Position numbers and translations under genes: made by a program
The notes under the pieces: model-generated
Told to the model about the DNA's origin: nothing
The model's input: the letters and a program-made list of their open reading frames with translations, nothing else
Databases searched by the model: none
Part shown: positions 1 through 7,878 of the stretch, piece by piece
Numbering within the stretch: position 1 is the first letter of the stretch
How the letters are laid out: each line of letters starts with the position of its first letter
Origin: Methyloferula stellata AR4
GTDB lineage: Bacteria > Pseudomonadota > Alphaproteobacteria > Rhizobiales > Beijerinckiaceae
Assembly (NCBI RefSeq): GCF_000385335.1
Contig: NZ_ARWA01000001.1
Location: forward strand, 426,081 to 450,080
DNA: 24,000 bases
Direction: 5' to 3'

Positions 1-556
1 CGGCGCCGGCGGCACAAAAATGCTTGGCAGTCGCGGCAATCGAATAGCGCGCCGCCGAATTCTCGCCTTGGAAGCCGCGGATCTTTGCCTCGGCAAATCT
101 CGCCGCGACGAAAGGGTCCTCGCCTGGACCTTCGGCGATCCGTCCCCAACGCGGATCACGCGATACATCGAGCATGGGCGCGAAAGTCAGCGCGATCCCG
201 TCGCTTGCTGCTTCCATCGCCGCGGCGCGCGCCGTGCGCTCCCATAAGAGAGGATCGAAGGCGCCTGCTTCGGCAAGCGGAATAGGGAAGATCGTCCGAT
301 GTCCGTGCAGCACGTCAAGGCAAAAGAGAAGCGGAATGCCGAGCCGCGTCTCTTCGACCGCCAATCTCTGAGCCGCCGCAGTCGTGTCCCGGCCCCAGAG
401 GTTCAGAAGGCCGCCGACGCGCCCGGCACGAATGTCCGCACTCGCCTCGCCGCCGCCCGCGGGCCCGGTGACGGCTTGGCCAGCCGCCACCAGATTGAGC
501 TGACCGATCTTTTCCTCCAACGTCATGGCGGCGAGAAGCGAATTAATCACGTCCAT
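1..556 (-). CDS. bglX: Glycoside hydrolase family 3 beta-glucosidase (N-terminal part, runs off the left edge)
   Basis: Manual translation of the - strand from ATG 556-554: MDVINSLLAAMTLEEKIGQLNLVAAG...GGLLNLWGRDTTAAAQRLAVEETRLGIPLLFCLDVLHGHRTIFPIPLAEAGAFDPLLWERTARAAAMEAASDGIALTFAPMLDVSRDPRWGRIAEGPGEDPFVAARF...KHFCAAGA. It has typical GH3 motifs (MTLEEKIGQL, DVLHG, FAPMLDVSRDPRWGR, GEDP, KHF). It is missing from the ORF track because it has no stop inside the window. Confidence 0.87.
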   Translation of the reverse strand, partial: MDVINSLLAAMTLEEKIGQLNLVAAGQAVTGPAGGGEASADIRAGRVGGLLNLWGRDTTAAAQRLAVEETRLGIPLLFCLDVLHGHRTIFPIPLAEAGAFDPLLWERTARAAAMEAASDGIALTFAPMLDVSRDPRWGRIAEGPGEDPFVAARFAEAKIRGFQGENSAARYSIAATAKHFCAAGA

Positions 557-618
557 TGCTCGGCCATCTCCTCAAACGGCGGCCGGTGAGCATAGCCGAT
601 CTTTGCGCGGGTAGTGCT

Positions 619-2475
619 ATGATGGATAGACCTACAAAGAGCGAGACGCGGGTGGAGCAGGTTCATATGGCAGACCAGATCTTTGTCGAGCCACGATCTG
701 CAGATGACGAGTTCGCGCCGCAACTGAAAACGATTTGGGAGGCCTTTTATGCTTCGCGCCAGCGCGCAAGCTTGCTTTGGCTCGGCGCGGGTCTTGTGGC
801 GGTGGTCGGAGCAACCGCCTTTGGACAAATCCGGCTCAATGCGTGGAATCAACCGTTTTACGACGCTCTTTTCCGCAAAGATCTCCCGGCCATGGGCTCC
901 CAGCTTCTGGTTTTTGCCGGCATAGCCTGCTTCCTGCTTGTCTTGAATGTCGCCCAGACCTGGCTCAACCTGACGGCGAAAGTGAATTTGCGCGAAGGAT
1001 TGACACGCGATCTGTTCGCGCAATGGCTCACGCCGGATCGCGCTTTTCTGCTCGCAGGTTCCGGCGAGATCGGGGTCAATCCGGACCAGCGCATCCACGA
1101 GGACGCCCGCCATCTCGCTGAACTTTCGATCGATCTCGGCGTCGGTCTCCTCCAGGCAACGCTTCTCTTGGCGAGTTTCATCACCGTCCTGTGGGCTTTG
1201 TCGGAGGGCGTGACGTTCGAGCTTCCTGGGAGAAGCCTTTCCATACCCGGTTATATGGTCTGGGCGGCGCTTTTCTACGCCGGGACGGCGTCCTGGGCGA
1301 GCTGGCGGGTCGGCCGCCCCCTCATCCTCATCAACGCCGAACGCTATGCCCGTGAGGCCGATCTGCGTTTCGCTCTCATGCATGTGAACGAACACACCGA
1401 CGGGATCGCGGTCTATCGCGGCGAGGCGGGAGAACAAGGTCGCCTCGGCAAGGAGTTCGATCGTCTTCTCCTCATACTCCGCCGCCTCGTCCGCGCTACG
1501 ACGAATTTGACCTGGCTCACGGCAGGCTATGGATGGTTCACCATCGCGGCGCCGATCGTGGTCGCTTCGCCCGCCTATTTCGCGGGACATCTGACCGTCG
1601 GCGGATTGCTCATGGCCGTCGGCGCTTTCAACCAAGTGCAGCAATCGCTGCGTTGGTTCGTCGATAATTTCGGTGCGATCGCGGATTGGCGTGCGACGCT
1701 GTTTCGTGTCGGCGATTTTCGCCGGGCGCTGATCGAAATGGATGAGATCGGCAAAGAAGCGAGCCGCGTCGAAGTTGTAACCACGGCCGACGACAAGCTC
1801 CGTTTGGATAATCTATGCATCTTTTCGCCCTCGGGCTGCACCACGTTGAATGAAGCGCATGTCGAGATCGCGCCATCGCAGCATGTCTTGATTATTGGTG
1901 CCCCGGGTTCGGGCAAGACCAGCCTCTTCCGCGCCATGGCCGGTCTCTGGCGTTGGGGAACGGGGACGATCAGCTTGCCGCCGGCAGATGGCATCATGTT
2001 CATGCCGGAGCGGCCCTATATAGCTGACGGCGCTTTGCGGGACGTTCTCGCTTATCCAGTTGCACCGGATAGGTTCGCAGGACATGAATTCCTCGAAGTT
2101 CTGACGCGCATGGGTCTGTCGCACTTGTCGGACCGGCTCGATCATGTCGCGCAGTGGGACAGAGAACTGACCGTGCCGGAGCAGCAAGCCCTCGCTTTCG
2201 CGCGCGTGTTGCTCCAAAAGCCGCGCTGGCTTTTAATCGACGAGGCGATAGAGTCGCTTTCTCCGGAAGCACGCAAAACGCTCTTCGATGTGTTCGAACA
2301 TGAATTGGCCGCGACGGCTGTCATTTACATCAATGGACCGCAGGCCCAAGACAAGTTCTATACGCGCGTTCTATATCTAAACATGAATCCGCAAGGTCAG
2401 CGTTTGAAGATTCCAGCCCTGCCGAGTTCTGCGGCGGCGAAGAAGAAACAAACCCTTTCCGCAAACCTGCGCTGA
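619..2475 (+). CDS. ABC transporter, fused membrane + ATP-binding protein (SbmA/BacA-YddA-like family)
   Basis: ORF 556..2475 with in-frame ATGs at 619/622 and 667. N-terminal multi-span membrane domain (NAWNQPFYDALFRKD, AYFAGHLTVGGLLMAVGAFNQVQQSLRWFVDNFGAIADWRA). C-terminal NBD with Walker A GAPGSGKTSLFRAM, a degenerate signature (LTVPEQQALAFARVLL) and Walker B WLLIDEAIESL. Confidence 0.85.
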   Translation: MMDRPTKSETRVEQVHMADQIFVEPRSADDEFAPQLKTIWEAFYASRQRASLLWLGAGLVAVVGATAFGQIRLNAWNQPFYDALFRKDLPAMGSQLLVFAGIACFLLVLNVAQTWLNLTAKVNLREGLTRDLFAQWLTPDRAFLLAGSGEIGVNPDQRIHEDARHLAELSIDLGVGLLQATLLLASFITVLWALSEGVTFELPGRSLSIPGYMVWAALFYAGTASWASWRVGRPLILINAERYAREADLRFALMHVNEHTDGIAVYRGEAGEQGRLGKEFDRLLLILRRLVRATTNLTWLTAGYGWFTIAAPIVVASPAYFAGHLTVGGLLMAVGAFNQVQQSLRWFVDNFGAIADWRATLFRVGDFRRALIEMDEIGKEASRVEVVTTADDKLRLDNLCIFSPSGCTTLNEAHVEIAPSQHVLIIGAPGSGKTSLFRAMAGLWRWGTGTISLPPADGIMFMPERPYIADGALRDVLAYPVAPDRFAGHEFLEVLTRMGLSHLSDRLDHVAQWDRELTVPEQQALAFARVLLQKPRWLLIDEAIESLSPEARKTLFDVFEHELAATAVIYINGPQAQDKFYTRVLYLNMNPQGQRLKIPALPSSAAAKKKQTLSANLR

Positions 2476-2590
2476 AACATTTCAAGGGGAGCGCAATGAG
2501 CTCGCACATTATAAGGCTAAAACATCTATTGGAGCGGAATCCGGGTCACCCTAAAAAATGCGCTGTCGCGCCGGGCAGGATGCTGAGACG

Positions 2591-3871
2591 ATGACGGCCG
2601 CCCACAAACCGCGCGCCGCCCCTGCTCAAAAACCGGTTTTGTCGGATGCCGCGCTGTTCGATCTCGTTCAGCGTCAAACCTTTCTCTATTTCTGGGATGG
2701 GGCCCACCCGGCAAGCGGCCTTGCGCGCGATCGCATCCGCGAGCCTTCGGACTCAAAGGACGACCTCGTCGCAACGGGCGGCACGGGTTTCGCCGTCATG
2801 GCCATCATCGTCGCGGTCGAGAGAGCTTGGATTACGCGGGACGACGCGCTGGCGCGTCTCGCATTGATGCTCGATCTTTTGGAAAGAGCGACCTGCTACC
2901 ACGGCCTTTTTCCGCATTTCATGAATGGCCGCACCGGCGCAACCATACCCTTCAGCCGCAAGGACGATGGCGGCGACATCGTCGAGACCTCGCTGCTTTT
3001 TCAAGGCCTGTTGTGCGCAAGGCAATATTTCGACCGTGATACGCCAGCCGAGGCCAGATTGCGCGACCGTGTCACCTGGCTGTGGCTCGATGTCGAATGG
3101 GATTGGCACATGCGCGATGGACGCAACGTGCTGACCTGGCATTGGAGCCCTAACAACGGCTTCAGCCTCGGGCACGAGATTCGCGGCTGGAACGAATGCC
3201 TGCTGACCTATGTCCTTGCCGCGTCCTCGCCGCGATATGCGATCAAGCCATCGGTCTATCACGAAGGTTGGGCACAAAGCCGCGGCTTTCTCAACGGCCG
3301 CACCTATTACGACGTCGAACTGCCGCTCGGACCGCCTTATGGCGGTCCCCTGTTTTTCTGCCATTACGCCTTCTGCGGTCTGGATCCACGCGGGCTTGAG
3401 GATGTTTATGCCGACTATTGGCGGCAGAATGTGAATCATGTGCGGATCAATTTCGAACATTGCGTCCGCAATCCCGGACATCATAAGGGCTACGGGCCTT
3501 CCTCTTGGGGCCTCACGGCGAGCGACGATCCCCGAGGCTACAGCGTACATGCGCCGGACAATGATAATGGCGTAATCGCTCCCACCGCCGCTCTATCGAG
3601 TTTTCCCTACGCGCCCGAGGCTGCGCTTCGCGCCGCCCGGCATTTTTATGAAAAGTTGGGCGGTAGGCTTTGGGGCCGTTTTGGTTTTCACGATGCCTTC
3701 AGCGAGGATGCCGATTGGGTCTCGGAGAGCTATTTTGCCATCGACCAAGGACCCATCGTCAGCATGATGGAGAACCACCGCACGGGCCTTTTGTGGAGTC
3801 TGTTCATGAAAGATCCCGACATTCAATCGGGCTTGCGCCGCCTCGGCTTTAAAAGCCCGCATCTGAAATAG
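2591..3871 (+). CDS. Glucoamylase-like / GH144-type glycoside hydrolase (PF10091-like)
   Basis: ORF 2558..3871, likely ATG at 2591. Motifs include LFDLVQRQTFLYFWDGAHPASGLARDR, GGTGFAVMAI, HGLFPHFMNGRTG, DIVETSLLFQGLLCARQYF, NEC..TY, GLTASDDPRGY and IAPTAALSSFPYAPE. Confidence 0.78.
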   Translation: MTAAHKPRAAPAQKPVLSDAALFDLVQRQTFLYFWDGAHPASGLARDRIREPSDSKDDLVATGGTGFAVMAIIVAVERAWITRDDALARLALMLDLLERATCYHGLFPHFMNGRTGATIPFSRKDDGGDIVETSLLFQGLLCARQYFDRDTPAEARLRDRVTWLWLDVEWDWHMRDGRNVLTWHWSPNNGFSLGHEIRGWNECLLTYVLAASSPRYAIKPSVYHEGWAQSRGFLNGRTYYDVELPLGPPYGGPLFFCHYAFCGLDPRGLEDVYADYWRQNVNHVRINFEHCVRNPGHHKGYGPSSWGLTASDDPRGYSVHAPDNDNGVIAPTAALSSFPYAPEAALRAARHFYEKLGGRLWGRFGFHDAFSEDADWVSESYFAIDQGPIVSMMENHRTGLLWSLFMKDPDIQSGLRRLGFKSPHLK

Positions 3872-3888
3872 AGCCATGCGCGGAGGAA

Positions 3889-5388
3889 TTGAATCCCTTG
3901 GCCGAAGAGCACGCAGCGGACATAAAACCCGGCACGCTTCCCGACTGGATGATGCGGCAATATCAATTCTGCGCCGTGGCGATGCCGCGTGCCATTTCGG
4001 CCACGGATCTCGTCAAGGAACGACGCGGCTTCGCTCAGACGATCAGGCCCGTGCGGGGCTCCATCTTGGCTTCAACGGAACGCGCGTCTTACGATCCAGA
4101 TCCCGATTATTTCTTTCATTGGCTGCGCGACTCGGCCCTGGTCATGGACGCCTTGCGCCTCTTGATCGAAGATCAATCGTCAGGCTTCGAGGCCGTCGCG
4201 CGTTTCGACGATTTCATCCAGTTCAGCGCGGCGCTCTCGCGGCTCGACGGCCGGGCCGTTCTGGCCGGCCCCGACTTTAGACAGGCGATCGATGCGTCGT
4301 TTCGCGCCTATGTCCGGCCCGACGCCGAGTTCGAAGCGCTCTTTGGGGAGCGTGTCCTGGGCGAGGCGCGGTTCAATCCCGACGGAACGCTCGATATCAG
4401 CAAATGGTCGCGCCCGCAGCACGACGGTCCGGCCTTGCGCGCTCTCACCTTGCTGCGGTTTTGGAATCTTGGCGGCCCTCGCGATAAGGCCAGCGACACG
4501 GTTTTGCAGTCCCTGCTCGAAGGCGATCTCGATTTCACGCTTCGCCATTGGCAGGAGCCTTGTTTCGACATTTGGGAGGAGGCTTCGGCCTATCACTACC
4601 ACACCCGCATCGTCCAATATGCGGCCTTGAGCGACGGTGCAGCGTGGGCAGAGATGCGGGGCGATGGAGCGCGCGGGCAAGCCTATCGTGTTGCGGCGCA
4701 AGAGCTCGTCTTGCATCTCGAAGATCATTTCGATCCCGGTCAAGGCGTCTATCTCAGCCCTTTGCCCGGCACGCCGCAGACGGGCGGCTCTTTGCTTGCC
4801 ATGCGGCTCGATATTGCCGTGATCCTCGGCGTCCTCCACGCGGCACGGCCGAACGGACCCCATAGCGTGCTCGATCCGAAAGTTCTCGCGACGCTGGCCC
4901 GGCTCGAACAGCTTTTCATCAAAGAGTACAGGATCAATAAAGAACAAGGCCCGCATGGCGCAGCCGCGATGGGACGCTATGCCGGTGATAAATATTATAG
5001 CGGGGGCGCCTATTATTTTGCGACGCTTGGCGCGGCGGAATTCTATTTCCGCTATGCGGAATCGATCGGGCGAGGCGAAACGATTCCGGTTGCTGACGAG
5101 AACCGCGGACTGTTGGCGAATATGCTTGGCCTATCGCCCGAAGCGCTCGCAGTCCCTTCGCTCGAACCGCGACATAGAGAGACGCTTTTCGAAGCCTGCA
5201 TGGACCGCGGCGATCGATTCATGGACGTGGTGCGGGCACATACGCCAGCGTCCGGCGAATTGTCGGAGCAATTCGATCAGACGAGCGGCGCGCAAACGTC
5301 AGCCAAAAACCTTACCTGGAGCTATGCTGCCTTCATCACTGCTTTTGCCAGCAGGAAAAGAGCCCTGAGCCGCCTGAAATACGCCTAG
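3889..5388 (+). CDS. GH15-type glucoamylase (glucan 1,4-alpha-glucosidase-like)
   Basis: 499-aa ORF. Start uncertain: TTG 3889 sits almost on a GGAGGA, and internal ATGs exist. Motifs include GSILASTERASYDPDPDYFFHWLRDSALVMDALR, DFTLRHWQEPCFDIWEEASAYHYHTR and SEQFDQTSGAQTSAKNLTWSYAAFITAFASR. Confidence 0.85.
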   Translation: MNPLAEEHAADIKPGTLPDWMMRQYQFCAVAMPRAISATDLVKERRGFAQTIRPVRGSILASTERASYDPDPDYFFHWLRDSALVMDALRLLIEDQSSGFEAVARFDDFIQFSAALSRLDGRAVLAGPDFRQAIDASFRAYVRPDAEFEALFGERVLGEARFNPDGTLDISKWSRPQHDGPALRALTLLRFWNLGGPRDKASDTVLQSLLEGDLDFTLRHWQEPCFDIWEEASAYHYHTRIVQYAALSDGAAWAEMRGDGARGQAYRVAAQELVLHLEDHFDPGQGVYLSPLPGTPQTGGSLLAMRLDIAVILGVLHAARPNGPHSVLDPKVLATLARLEQLFIKEYRINKEQGPHGAAAMGRYAGDKYYSGGAYYFATLGAAEFYFRYAESIGRGETIPVADENRGLLANMLGLSPEALAVPSLEPRHRETLFEACMDRGDRFMDVVRAHTPASGELSEQFDQTSGAQTSAKNLTWSYAAFITAFASRKRALSRLKYA

Positions 5389-5561
5389 GCTGCGCCAGTG
5401 CGGCCTTGAGCGTCCGTCGGGGGTGTCCGTAACAAATGCGGCGACCAGCTCGAAGACCGATGGAGCCCTCTGCCTGGCAAAACGGCGACAGTTCCATGAG
5501 TGGCCGCGCGTGCCAAGCTCCACTATATAGGTTCGAGGCGGGCGGCTTGGTCCGCCGAAAG

Positions 5562-5584
5562 CCGGGCGGAATGATCCCGGTTTT
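5562..5584 (+). terminator. Possible intrinsic terminator (or attenuator) between the GH15 gene and selA
   Basis: CCGGG (5562-5566) - CGGAATGAT - CCCGG (5576-5580) followed by TTTT. Preceded by a second short hairpin GGCGG-CTTGG-TCCGCC (5541-5556). The stem is short, so this is only a candidate. Confidence 0.3.
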
Positions 5585-5699
5585 AGCGGTGGCATTGCCG
5601 AAATCCGAGTTCGAGGACGGATGAGGCTGGGCCCACTGGCAATGCTTGACGTGGCCGCTCGCGAGGCAACGTGACCGGCGATGCGGTTCTGAGGTGCAC

Positions 5700-7109
5700 A
5701 TGGAAGGTTTAGGCTCGGCACGTCTGCGCGATCTCCCATCCGTAGATGCCGTTCTGAACACTGCCGCGGCGACAAAGCTCTTGGAGCGGTTTGGCCGCGC
5801 TGCATCGACGAGCGCCATTCGCGCGGCGCTTGGGGACGCGCGCACGGCGCTTCGGTCTGGCGCATCCTCAGTCCTAAGCGCGGATGAGCTGGCGCTCGAA
5901 GCGCGCGACAGGCTCGAGGCGGAAGACCGTTCCGGTCTGCGCCCGCTGTTCAATCTCACAGGCACAGTGTTGCACACGAATCTCGGCCGCGCCGTCCTGG
6001 CCGAAGTCGCGATCGAGGCAGCGACGGCGGCCATGCGCGAGCCCGTGGCTTTGGAGTTCGACTTGTCAGCGGGCGGACGGGGCGAGCGCGACGATCATGT
6101 GCGCTCGCTGCTTTGCGCGCTCAGCGGCGCAGAGGATGCGACGCTCGTCAATAATAACGCGGCAGCTGTTCTGCTCTGTCTCAATACGCTGTCGGATGGC
6201 CGAGAGGCGATCGTCTCGCGCGGCGAATTGATCGAGATCGGCGGCGCCTTCCGCATGCCGGACATTATGGCACGAGCGGGCGCAAAGCTGGTCGAGGTAG
6301 GCACGACAAATCGCACCCACGCCAAGGATTATCGTTCTGCCCTCAATGCGCAGACCGGTGTGATCCTTAAAGTCCACACCTCCAATTATCAGATCAAGGG
6401 TTTCACCGCCGAAGTCGGCGCGCGCGAACTGGCCGTGATTGCCGGCGAAGCGAATGTGCCTTTGATGAACGACCTCGGATCCGGCACGCTTGTCGATCTT
6501 TCGCACTATGGTCTGCAGAAGGAACCGACCGTACGCGAGGCCGTGGCCGAAGGTGCCGGCCTCGTCACATTTTCCGGCGACAAGCTGCTCGGCGGACCGC
6601 AAGCCGGCTTCATCGTCGGCAAGCGCGAGTTGATCGCGGCGGTCAATCGCAATCCGATGAAACGCGCATTGCGCGTCGACAAGATCCGGCTGGCAGCGAT
6701 CGAGGCGACGTTGAAACTTTACCGTGACCCTGATCGCCTCGCCGAGCGCCTTCCGACATTGCGGCTGCTGGCCCGGCCTCTGCCTGAGATCGCGGCGCTG
6801 GCGCAGCACCTGCTGCCCGCCGTGACGCAAGCCGTCGGCGCGAATTTCATGGTGGCTCTATGCGAATGCCGCAGCCAGATCGGGTCCGGCGCGCTGCCGC
6901 TCGACACGATCGCCAGCGCTGGTCTCGTCATCCGATCCCGCGCCGGAGGTGGGGCGCTCGAACGACTTGCGGCGGCGTTGCGTGGACTCGATCGCCCGGT
7001 GATCGGGCGGATCGAGGACGGAGGCCTCGTGCTTGATTTGAGATGCCTGACCGATGAAGCGGCGTTTTTGTCCACGCTCTCGAGGTTGAACACGCATGCG
7101 TTGGCTTGA
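5700..7109 (+). CDS. selA: L-seryl-tRNA(Sec) selenium transferase (selenocysteine synthase)
   Basis: ORF 5646..7109 with probable start ATG 5700 (MEGLGSARLRDLPSVDAVLNT). PLP-enzyme motifs: NLTGTVLHTNLGRA, NNNAAAVLLCLNTL, SRGELIEIGGAFRMPDIM, VGTTNRTH.KDY, HTSNYQIKGF and the active-site lysine context TFSGDKLLGGPQAG. Confidence 0.96.
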   Translation: MEGLGSARLRDLPSVDAVLNTAAATKLLERFGRAASTSAIRAALGDARTALRSGASSVLSADELALEARDRLEAEDRSGLRPLFNLTGTVLHTNLGRAVLAEVAIEAATAAMREPVALEFDLSAGGRGERDDHVRSLLCALSGAEDATLVNNNAAAVLLCLNTLSDGREAIVSRGELIEIGGAFRMPDIMARAGAKLVEVGTTNRTHAKDYRSALNAQTGVILKVHTSNYQIKGFTAEVGARELAVIAGEANVPLMNDLGSGTLVDLSHYGLQKEPTVREAVAEGAGLVTFSGDKLLGGPQAGFIVGKRELIAAVNRNPMKRALRVDKIRLAAIEATLKLYRDPDRLAERLPTLRLLARPLPEIAALAQHLLPAVTQAVGANFMVALCECRSQIGSGALPLDTIASAGLVIRSRAGGGALERLAAALRGLDRPVIGRIEDGGLVLDLRCLTDEAAFLSTLSRLNTHALA

Positions 7110-7878
7110 GTGGATCACAGGCCGGCGCAATCCGCGCCGCGATGTTTTGGCCGAAGCGCGCGCCGCGGCCGACGCAGGCGATTATGCTGCGGCCCTTGCG
7201 CTATGGGGGCCGCTTGCCCATGCGGGCGTGGCACGCGCCCAGAACAATATCGGCGCCTGCTTCTCTGAGGGTCTTGGGGTCGAGCGCGATCCTGCGCTTG
7301 CCCTCAAATGGCTGACGCTCGCAGCCGAAGGCGGCGATCCGGTCGGACAGCGAAACCTGGCGACGGCCTATTATAAGGGCGCGGGAGTTGAGGCGGACAT
7401 AGCCCGCGCGGCCGAACTCTACCGGGCCTCGGCGGCGCAAGGCGACGCCATCGCGCAGGACATGCTGAGTTTCCTGCTGCTTGAAGATAAGTCGATCTCG
7501 GCCGATCTTACGGAGGTGCATCGCTGGGCCCGGTCCGCCGCCGAAAATGGAGTAGCCAGCGCCATGACGCGATTGGGAATGCTCTATCACAACGCGATCG
7601 GCGTCGAACGCGATCCGGCCGCGGCCGTGCAGTGGTGGCGGCGCGCCGCCGAACTTGACGACGCCGATGCGCAGGCGATGCTTGGCGCAGCGCATCATCT
7701 TGGCAGCGGCGCGCTCGCGGACCAATCGATGGCGCTCGTCTATTTGCTGCGGGGACAGGCGGGCGGCAGCCGTTTGGCCGCGCCATTTCTCGGGCCTGTC
7801 CGCGCGGCACTTTCGCCCGCGGCGATCGTCGAGGCCGAACGGCAGGCGCAGCAGAAGCGGCTGGATGTGACGCCATGA
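7096..7878 (+). CDS. Sel1-like repeat (SLR/TPR-type) protein encoded within the sel operon
   Basis: Overlaps the selA 3' end by 14 nt and the selB start by ATGA. Repeated SLR units: GVARAQNNIGACFSEGLGVERDPALALKWLTLAAEGGDPVGQRNLATAYYKGAGVEADIARAAELYRASAAQGDAIAQ...ENGVASAMTRLGMLYHNAIGVERDPAAAVQWWRRAAELDDADAQAMLG. Confidence 0.85.
   Translation: MRWLEWITGRRNPRRDVLAEARAAADAGDYAAALALWGPLAHAGVARAQNNIGACFSEGLGVERDPALALKWLTLAAEGGDPVGQRNLATAYYKGAGVEADIARAAELYRASAAQGDAIAQDMLSFLLLEDKSISADLTEVHRWARSAAENGVASAMTRLGMLYHNAIGVERDPAAAVQWWRRAAELDDADAQAMLGAAHHLGSGALADQSMALVYLLRGQAGGSRLAAPFLGPVRAALSPAAIVEAERQAQQKRLDVTP

Noticed and set aside
547-1644. 365-aa minus-strand ORF antisense to the ABC transporter gene
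   Set aside because: Low-complexity, Arg/Glu-rich composition typical of shadow ORFs in high-GC DNA, while the + strand encodes a clear ABC protein.
2753-3550. 265-aa minus-strand ORF
   Set aside because: Antisense shadow of the GH144-like coding sequence, with no recognisable domain.
5299-6034. Minus-strand ORFs of 188 and 232 aa overlapping the selA start and its upstream region
   Set aside because: They overlap each other and selA and have compositionally biased sequence with no motifs. They may simply reflect high GC.
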